A DNA stretch of 6,226 nucleotides from an uncultured archaeon (lineage in GTDB: Archaea; Iainarchaeota; Iainarchaeia; Iainarchaeales; CSSED10-239), in assembly GCA_964463155.1 (NCBI GenBank), contig CAYXAY010000007.1, positions 1 to 6,226 of the forward strand, in the 5' to 3' direction. Within the stretch, counting starts at the first letter, position 1, and every line of letters begins with the position of its first letter. A model generated the notes under the pieces. The model was not told the origin of the DNA, ran no database searches, and worked only from the letters and a program-made list of their open reading frames with translations. Both the position numbers and the translations under genes were made by a program. Of this stretch, positions 1 to 5,163 are shown piece by piece.

Positions 1-487
1 TTGAATAACCAGCATAAAGAAGAACACCAAAGTCTCCGACTTCTTGTGGAATCTCGTGAAGAAGAATAGCAAAAGTTGTTGCTATTCCAAGGGGGATACT
101 GACAACATAGCTTGTAGCAATAATTAACCCATCCAAGAAATTATGGAAAGCATCACCAACAAGATTCATTGTTGCCAAAGGGTGTTTGTGTTCTTTTGTT
201 GTTGGCAGATGACAATGTCTCCAATGTATGATTTTTTCTAAACAGAAGAATGCAAGTATACCAAAAATAACCGCCAAAGGAACAGTAATTCCAAGACCCG
301 TCTCCATAGCTTCAGGCAGAAGATGGATAAAAGCGTTTCCAAGAAGTGCTCCTGCAGAAAAACTGATCAGGAATAACAAGATGTTTGGCAATTGCTTATC
401 TTTTGTAAATAAAATAGTTATCCCAACAATAGAAACAACACTAACAATAAGAATGCTAATCAAAGAATACAAAATAACTAATAACAT
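1..487 (-). CDS. zupT: ZIP-family divalent metal (Zn/Fe) transporter, ZupT-like. N-terminal 162 codons only; the 3-prime end runs off the left edge of the window.
   Basis: This ORF is absent from the supplied track because it is open at the window edge. I translated the reverse complement by hand in the frame whose codons begin at coordinates = 1 mod 3. From ATG 487-485 it reads MLLVILYSLISILIVSVVSIVGITILFTKDKQLPNILLFLISFSAGALLGNAFIHLLPEAMETGLGITVPLAVIFGILAFFCLEKIIHWRHCHLPTTKEHKHPLATMNLVGDAFHNFLDGLIIATSYVVSIPLGIATTFAILLHEIPQEVGDFGVLLYAGYS. It contains the two ZIP signature helices, HNFLDG (128-145) and HEIPQEVGDFG (26-58), and a His-rich loop (HWRHCH..KEHKH). The nearest upstream in-frame stop is at 560-562. 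I chose ATG 487 because the protein then starts directly in TM1, as in ZupT-type proteins. An upstream in-frame TTG at 548-550 cannot be excluded. Confidence 0.9.
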   Translation of the reverse strand, partial: MLLVILYSLISILIVSVVSIVGITILFTKDKQLPNILLFLISFSAGALLGNAFIHLLPEAMETGLGITVPLAVIFGILAFFCLEKIIHWRHCHLPTTKEHKHPLATMNLVGDAFHNFLDGLIIATSYVVSIPLGIATTFAILLHEIPQEVGDFGVLLYAGYS

Positions 488-676
488 AATAATTAACCAT
501 ATTAATAATAGACCACATTCTTTCAGACTATAATGTAAAAGCCTCTCCAAGCATTGTAATCAAAGACAATGTTTATTATGATATTCCAACAAATGATTCC
601 AATTCAAGATTCTGGAAAGAAATCAATTGTAATTAATTTATTATTTCTTAATTTTTAAGTGCTTTTTTTTTAAAGA

Positions 677-749
677 AGCCCCTAGCGAGATTTGAACTCG
701 CGACCTACGGTTTACAAGACCGTCGCTCTAGCCACTGAGCTATAGAGGC
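677..749 (-). tRNA. tRNA-Thr, anticodon UGU (73 nt, CCA not encoded)
   Basis: The reverse complement folds as a canonical cloverleaf: GCCTCTA TA GCTC AGTGGCTA GAGC G ACGGT CTTGTAA ACCGT AGGTC GCGAG TTCAAAT CTCGC TAGGGGC T. The acceptor stem has 7 bp with one G-U pair, the D stem 4 bp, the anticodon stem 5 bp and the T stem 5 bp. The T loop is TTCAAAT and the variable loop is 5 nt. The anticodon loop CT-TGT-AA gives UGU. The discriminator is U (complement of A677). Confidence 0.93.
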
Positions 750-1144
750 AAAAAACAATAGATTTAGGTCAATAATATTTCCTCTGAGAAATATTTATAA
801 ATGGATTTATTTAAGAATCAGTTTTTTTTTCAATTGATTTGTTTTTTGTTTTGGCTGTTTTTTTTAAAGGTAATTCAGACATTTCTGTTTCTTTTTTCTT
901 TTCTAGGTTATTTACATATAATGTTTCCTTAGGCTGTGTTTAATATCCATTTCTTTGGCTAATGATTTTTTGTGTATTTCTTAATAATTTGTTGACATTC
1001 GGATTTTGGGCGATTACATTTAATTCAGAAATTCCGTTTTTATTTTTTTAACCCCCCTAACAAGTACTTCTGATAACAACAATTGATATATAGATCTAAA
1101 ATTATAATTTTGTGCGGTACATTTTATCAATCAATAAGACATTT

Positions 1145-1417
1145 TTAAAGTTTGGGGTCATAGTATTCATAATTAACTAATAATTCAATTATATAATTAT
1201 TGCCATTATATAACACAAAAACAGAATAAGTCATGCTTTTATCTAATAACTCTGTTTTTAACTTTTGATGCCAGTGTTCTTTGTCTATTTGTTTGTCTTT
1301 TTTAAGAGCAAAAAAGACATCAGAGAAAACGCCATTTTTTGTGTTTAGCAATGTGCTTTTTATTACTTCTGAGTCGTAAATCACTGATTTAAGCTTTAGA
1401 TTGTTCCCTATAATCAA
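1145..1417 (-). CDS. Hypothetical small protein (90 codons as tracked), last ORF of the ABC cassette. The start codon is uncertain.
   Basis: The frame is stop-free on the minus strand from 1465 to the TAA at 1145-1147, about 106 codons, which is unlikely by chance in DNA this AT-rich. It is on the same strand as the permease and begins 29 nt downstream of the permease stop. The tracked start at 1415-1417 is TTG, not ATG. The only in-frame ATG is late (..DKSMTYSV..). There is an in-frame GTG at codon 12. I see no clear Shine-Dalgarno sequence, signal peptide, TM segment or recognisable family motif. Confidence 0.45.
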   Translation of the reverse strand: MIIGNNLKLKSVIYDSEVIKSTLLNTKNGVFSDVFFALKKDKQIDKEHWHQKLKTELLDKSMTYSVFVLYNGNNYIIELLVNYEYYDPKL

Positions 1418-1446
1418 AATAAAAACATATATTAAATACTTTTCTG

Positions 1447-2664
1447 TTACTGCTGCCTTAAGGCATCAACAATATTTAACTTTGCGGCAGCTCTTGCAGG
1501 AAACAATCCTGAAACCACACCTACAACCAACGATACAGCAAAAGTCATAACTACAAGCATAGGAGTAATCTGTATGGTTAGCATTGTAAAGTTATGTGAC
1601 GCAGCATAAAGGATTACAAGTTTAGCAATTCCAAGGCCCGCAAAAAAACCAATAACTCCTCCAGCAAGAGTCAAGACAACAGATTCAAAGACAAAGATAA
1701 AAGTAACATCGTTAATTCTTGCTCCAATTGATTTTAATACCCCAATTTCTCTTGTCCTTTCAAGAACAGAAGTAAACACAGAGTTTGCAATCCCAAGTGA
1801 TGCAACCACAAGAGATATTGCAGCAATAGCTACAAGTATTGCTTTCATGATATCAAGCACTCTTTTTATCATCTCAAGAAAAGATTGTGCAGTAATAACC
1901 GCAAAAGTGTCTTCTTTTCTGGTCTTTCCAAGAGCCTTTTCAACCTTCTTTGCTACAAGTTCTCCATCTGCATCTCTTTTTGATTTTAATACTGCATAAT
2001 TCACATTTTCTCCATAATTATCAACTGCAAGTCCTGCTTTTCTTCCAATATAAACAGTGCTATCGTCTTGCTGATTACCAACAGCCTGTAATATCCCAGT
2101 AACCTTAAAGTCAACACCATTAAGTTTTAATGTGTCTCCAACCTTTATTTTTCTATTAAAGGTTTCTTTGGCAAGGTAAGTCCCAATAACTGCAAAGTAT
2201 CCTTCCCTTCCATCAAAACTTTTTCCTTTATCAATAGAAACTGCAAAGAAATCAAATGCAGAGTCTAGTTTGTCTGCAGGAATCGTAACAGTGTAAATAT
2301 ACTGTTCTTCTCCCTTATATTCCCCTTTTGCTGTAAAATAATTCATAGGATAGACTTCTTCAACCTCAGGAATCATTTCAATATTATCCATATCACTCAT
2401 CTTTAACATGGCGTCTTCTGATATTCTTCCTGCCTGGCTTGGGTCTCCTTGAAAATTAGCAGACATTATAAAAATAGAGTTTGCCCCCATCTTGTCAAAC
2501 TGTTCACTAACAGCTGCAAATAACCCGTCACTTAAGACAACTAAAGCAACGACAGAAGCAATACCTATGATTACAGAAAGAATGGTAAGGGTTGACCTTA
2601 ATTTCTTTCTGAATATGTTTTTTATGGTGAGATTAATCAATGACTTATATTTGTTTGCATTCAT
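1447..2664 (-). CDS. FtsX/MacB-type ABC transporter permease (COG0577-like), intact copy, 405 aa
   Basis: The architecture is typical of MacB/LolC-type permeases. There is a basic N-terminus followed by TM1 (KLRSTLTILSVIIGIASVVALVVLSDG), then an extracytoplasmic domain of roughly 220 aa. The C-terminal FtsX module has three TM helices and the conserved core AISLVVASLGIANSVFTSVLERTREIGVLKSIGA. The protein ends ..PARAAAKLNIVDALRQQ, as this family usually does. Its ATG (2662-2664) directly abuts the TAA (2665-2667) of the upstream gene. Confidence 0.93.
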   Translation of the reverse strand: MNANKYKSLINLTIKNIFRKKLRSTLTILSVIIGIASVVALVVLSDGLFAAVSEQFDKMGANSIFIMSANFQGDPSQAGRISEDAMLKMSDMDNIEMIPEVEEVYPMNYFTAKGEYKGEEQYIYTVTIPADKLDSAFDFFAVSIDKGKSFDGREGYFAVIGTYLAKETFNRKIKVGDTLKLNGVDFKVTGILQAVGNQQDDSTVYIGRKAGLAVDNYGENVNYAVLKSKRDADGELVAKKVEKALGKTRKEDTFAVITAQSFLEMIKRVLDIMKAILVAIAAISLVVASLGIANSVFTSVLERTREIGVLKSIGARINDVTFIFVFESVVLTLAGGVIGFFAGLGIAKLVILYAASHNFTMLTIQITPMLVVMTFAVSLVVGVVSGLFPARAAAKLNIVDALRQQ

Positions 2665-3942
2665 TTATTTTCTTTTTTTTATCTTTGATTTTATCTTCTC
2701 TATTATTCCTCCAAATGCAGGAACCAAAATTATTTTGTTTGCCCATCTTAGGAATAACACAATTAATGCAAGAGCAACTATCACAATAATTATTCCAATT
2801 ATTGCATTAAAGATTCCAGCAAATATCGTCTTACGGTTATGGTTTCTTGTGACTTCAACAGTTATTCCTTTTTTTATTTGCTGTTCATTTAATCCTGAGT
2901 CTTTATAATGTATGGTTATCTGTACAGGATAGTTTCCTGGTTTTACATCTTTTTTTGTATTAAACTCTAAGACTACAGAATCATAGTTGTCCTTTTCAAT
3001 AGCGCCAACAAAATATTTAGCTTGTTCTTCAGCTATTGTGCTTGTCATCTCTGCATAAACAGACTCAGCATCAATGTTTCCAATATTAAAAATTTCAAGC
3101 TCTATCTTTTCCTTGTTTCCAATATAGATTTTATTGTTTTTATTTGCTCCAATAGTCAAAATATTCAAGATTAATTTAGGATTGTCATTTATCTTTACTC
3201 CAATATCTCTTGTTATTGTTTCTTTACCTGCTGAACCAGTGTATTTGATTGTTAATGACAAAGGATAGCTGTTTTGTGTAACAGTCTTTGCAACAGTTAG
3301 TCTGTATTTTACATTTATTTCTTTTCCGGCTTCAATATTTTCATAGTATTTTGTCTTTAAGTCAAGAACAGAAATATAGTCTCCCGTTGAATCTTCAAGT
3401 GTTATAAAAACATCCCTTACAGATCTTGTGCTTAGATTTTTTATTATAAGTTCAAGCTCTCCATCTGAACCAATTGACATATCTGAAACCGTTGTTCCGG
3501 TTACTTCCAAAATTGAACTATCCGCAGCAACATCTATTAAATATTTCTTGACATTGTATGCTTGACTAGAACCAGGCTTAAATTTAAATTCAAGTTTATA
3601 GACTCCGTCTATTGTCTTTATGTCTGTTGTAAGTTTGTATTTTAGGATAGTTGTTTGAAATGGGGCAAGCCTTGATATTGTTTGTTCTGTGTTATTAAAG
3701 TCGGATACTTGGAAAGGGTATTTTGTGTCAAGGTAATATGTTATATTCTCAGCAAGGATATTGCTGTTGTTTGTTAATTGTATCCATAATTCAAACTCTT
3801 TTCCTGGTGTTACAGGCACTGGGCTGTAATTGTAAGTGTCTGCCACAAGGGTTATTGAGTCATAGTTTGTGTTTGTTGCAGAAAATACACTATTCATTAA
3901 AAGAATAGTAAACAGCAGCGTAATTATATTTCTTGTTTTCAT
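2665..3942 (-). CDS. Secreted, C-terminally membrane-anchored surface protein with three tandem beta-sandwich repeat modules (CARDB / COG1361 S-layer-domain-like by eye), 425 aa
   Basis: The N-terminus looks like a signal peptide, MKTRNIITLLFTILLMNSVFS/ATN (about 3880-3942). Three modules of roughly 110 aa follow. Each has the pattern P/xG-x-ELEL/FELWI-x-N-x-(G/S)-x-A-x-V early and GxYxLxLxIxY late: VTPGKEFELWIQLTNNSNILAENI..DGVYKLEFKFK, SDGELELIIKNLSTRSVRDV..NSYPLSLTIKY, and GNKEKIELEIFNIGNIDAESV..PGNYPVQITIHY. One TM helix, IFAGIFNAIIGIIIVIVALALIVLFL, spans aa 373-398 (nt 2749-2826). It is followed by a short hydrophobic stretch and a basic tail, EKIKSKIKKRK. A GGTGA Shine-Dalgarno lies 8 nt upstream of the ATG. 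The family name is pattern recognition only. Confidence 0.85.
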   Translation of the reverse strand: MKTRNIITLLFTILLMNSVFSATNTNYDSITLVADTYNYSPVPVTPGKEFELWIQLTNNSNILAENITYYLDTKYPFQVSDFNNTEQTISRLAPFQTTILKYKLTTDIKTIDGVYKLEFKFKPGSSQAYNVKKYLIDVAADSSILEVTGTTVSDMSIGSDGELELIIKNLSTRSVRDVFITLEDSTGDYISVLDLKTKYYENIEAGKEINVKYRLTVAKTVTQNSYPLSLTIKYTGSAGKETITRDIGVKINDNPKLILNILTIGANKNNKIYIGNKEKIELEIFNIGNIDAESVYAEMTSTIAEEQAKYFVGAIEKDNYDSVVLEFNTKKDVKPGNYPVQITIHYKDSGLNEQQIKKGITVEVTRNHNRKTIFAGIFNAIIGIIIVIVALALIVLFLRWANKIILVPAFGGIIEKIKSKIKKRK

Positions 3943-3950
3943 TTTTTATC

Positions 3951-3955
3951 TCACC
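3951..3955 (-). promoter_or_regulatory. Shine-Dalgarno-like GGTGA upstream of the surface-protein gene
   Basis: The plus strand reads TCACC at 3951-3955, which is GGTGA on the minus strand. It lies 8 nt upstream of ATG 3940-3942, in the 28-nt spacer after the permease stop. It is the only clear SD-like element in the cassette. Confidence 0.45.
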
Positions 3956-3970
3956 ATTTTCTTTTTTTAA

Positions 3971-4372
3971 TTATTCTTCTCTAAGTGCATTAACTGGCTC
4001 TTGGCTTGAAGCGATGTAAGCTGGAATCATCCCTGATATTACTCCAATAATGAAAGAAAAGCCTAATGCAAGAATGATTATCTGCAGAGTTATTGATATG
4101 TTTATTGTTATTCCTGCTTGTGCAGCTCCAAGTTTAACAAGTGCAGCTAAGCCAAATCCTAATATTACTCCAATTGTCCCCCCAATCAGGCCAATTATTC
4201 CTGATTCTAATAAAAATATTGTAAGTATGTCTTTTCTCTTTGCCCCAATTGCCTTTAAAACTCCAATTTCTTTTTTTCTTTCAAATACAGAAGTATACAT
4301 TGAATTAAGTATTCCAATTCCTCCAACTAATAAAGAAATACAAGCAATACCAACAACAACAATTGTAACCAT
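3971..4372 (-). CDS. FtsX/MacB-type permease, C-terminal (FtsX, 3 TM) fragment of a gene interrupted by a frame change. The homologous frame is actually open up to 4438.
   Basis: The fragment carries the conserved FtsX core ACISLLVGGIGILNSMYTSVFERKKEIGVLKAIGAKRKDILTIFLLES. By my hand alignment, 29 of 50 positions are identical to the paralog at 1447-2664. Two further TM helices follow, and the protein ends PAYIASSQEPVNALREE. Upstream of the tracked Met (4370-4372) the same frame continues without a stop back to 4438 as GSKDIIVTSPIQEAKNREETLG. That stretch aligns with DTFAVITAQSFLEMIKRVL of the paralog, so Met 4372 is internal and not a real start. Confidence 0.85.
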   Translation of the reverse strand: MVTIVVVGIACISLLVGGIGILNSMYTSVFERKKEIGVLKAIGAKRKDILTIFLLESGIIGLIGGTIGVILGFGLAALVKLGAAQAGITINISITLQIIILALGFSFIIGVISGMIPAYIASSQEPVNALREE

Positions 4373-5150
4373 TCCGAGAGTTTCTTCTCTGTTTTTTGCT
4401 TCTTGTATTGGAGAGGTAACTATAATGTCTTTTGAGCCTTATCTGTATTCTGTTTGCGGCATTATCTATGTCCTTTCCTTCCTTGATTATTGCATATATT
4501 GTATCATATGTTTCTGTGTTTGTTATTTCTTTAAGATTATCATTTGAAATATACATTTGATTGTCTTTTCTAAAGTCTCCTGTTTTCTTTATGATTCCAA
4601 TGACTGTGTAGTCTGTTCCTGCAATCTTTATTTTCTTTCCAATATCAAGTGTTTTTCCAAATAAATCTTTTGTTTTGTCTTCTGCAGTATAGTTATACCC
4701 AATGATTACTGCTTTTGTTTTTTCTTCAGTAATGTATTCTCCTTTTTCTAAAGTAAGGTTATTTTGTTTTAGCCGGTCCTGATAATGTTGCGTGTCAAAA
4801 GAGACATAAGACACCATTACAGTCTTTTGATTATATTTGGTTTCAAGAAAGCCATTTAACGAGCCACTAACAAACTCAACATCGCTTATTTTCTTTATTG
4901 TCTTTATGTCTTCATCTGTTAGTCCAAGATTGCTTCTTCCACCACCAAACCCAACATACTTTGAAGTAACTGTTATTCTACTTGCTCCAAGGCTGCTAAA
5001 TTCTTTAGTTATTGCCCCTTTAAGTCCTTCAGATAAAGATATCAATGAAACTATTGCAATTACTCCAACAATTATTCCAGTTATTGTTAACCAGTTTCTT
5101 AGTCTTTGTCTTCTTATGTTTCTTATTACAAGATTTAATATATTAATCAT
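4305..5150 (-). CDS. FtsX/MacB-type permease, N-terminal fragment (TM1 plus extracytoplasmic domain) of the same interrupted gene. Only about 4431-5150 is in the authentic frame.
   Basis: The N-terminus, MINILNLVIRNIRRQRLRNWLTITGIIVGVIAIVSLISLSEGLKGAITKEFSSLGASRITV, aligns with LTIKNIFRKKLRSTLTILSVIIGIASVVALVVLSDGLFAAVSEQFDKMGANSIFI of the paralog. After ..ANRIQIRLK (K at 4431-4433) the ORF reads RHYSYLSNTRSKKQRRNSRNGYNCCCWYCLYFFISWRNWNT*. That 41-aa tail is rich in Cys and Trp, is not hydrophobic, and looks out of frame. The start lies 13 nt downstream of the ATPase stop. Confidence 0.85.
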   Translation of the reverse strand: MINILNLVIRNIRRQRLRNWLTITGIIVGVIAIVSLISLSEGLKGAITKEFSSLGASRITVTSKYVGFGGGRSNLGLTDEDIKTIKKISDVEFVSGSLNGFLETKYNQKTVMVSYVSFDTQHYQDRLKQNNLTLEKGEYITEEKTKAVIIGYNYTAEDKTKDLFGKTLDIGKKIKIAGTDYTVIGIIKKTGDFRKDNQMYISNDNLKEITNTETYDTIYAIIKEGKDIDNAANRIQIRLKRHYSYLSNTRSKKQRRNSRNGYNCCCWYCLYFFISWRNWNT

Positions 5151-5163
5151 CTTTTATCAATGG

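Noticed and set aside
228-533. Plus-strand 101-aa ORF from the track
   Set aside because: It lies entirely antisense to the ZIP transporter frame, which has unmistakable family signatures. Its own translation has no recognisable features. It is a shadow ORF.
811-882. Minus-strand 23-aa lysine-rich mini-ORF (MSELPLKKTAKTKNKSIEKKTDS) in the spacer
   Set aside because: It is too short, it has no ribosome-binding site, and its composition simply reflects the A-rich minus strand.
801-932. Plus-strand 43-aa Phe/Leu-rich ORF (MDLFKNQFFFQLICFLFWLFFLKV...) in the long spacer
   Set aside because: It stays open only because the plus strand is almost pure T there. T-runs cannot form stops and they translate to Phe/Leu. 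It has no ribosome-binding site and is opposite in orientation to every neighbouring gene.
871-1035. Direct repeat TAATTCAGA at 871-879 and 1021-1029, exactly 150 bp apart (13 of 15 matches when extended)
   Set aside because: A single 9-mer repeat within 400 bp of AT-rich sequence is about what chance predicts. I found no further copies and no array structure.
992-1049. Bacterial-type TTGACA (992-997) - 17 nt - TACATT (1015-1020) promoter on the plus strand, followed by a bulged hairpin (CGGATTT 1000-1006 pairing with AAATTCCG 1029-1036) and T5-A-T7
   Set aside because: Together they would specify a transcript of only about 20 nt. The hairpin is AT-rich and bulged, with a loop of roughly 20 nt. 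There is no plus-strand gene to start or terminate here. This is most likely chance in T-rich DNA.
750-1144. Replication origin (long AT-rich spacer, C6/G6 tract at 1052-1057, TTCCA/TGGAA-like dyads nearby)
   Set aside because: There are no repeated ORB-like boxes, the dyad spacing is wrong, and no orc1/cdc6 or dnaA gene is adjacent in the window. The evidence is insufficient.
2665-2750. Archaeosortase-type PGF-CTERM sorting signal at the end of the surface protein (VPAFGG)
   Set aside because: The order is wrong. In PGF-CTERM the PGF motif precedes the TM helix and the basic tail ends the protein. Here the PAFGG stretch follows the TM helix.
2492-2908. Plus-strand 138-aa ORF spanning the permease 2 / surface-protein junction
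   Set aside because: It is antisense to two strongly supported minus-strand genes. Its Phe/Ile-rich sequence is what the complement of A-rich codons produces. It is a shadow ORF.
3723-3908. Plus-strand 61-aa ORF
   Set aside because: It is antisense to the N-terminal module of the surface-protein gene. It is Cys/Leu-rich and low in complexity, with no start context.
4050-4547. Plus-strand 165-aa ORF
   Set aside because: It is antisense to both fragments of permease 1. The minus-strand frames carry the conserved FtsX core, so this is a shadow ORF.
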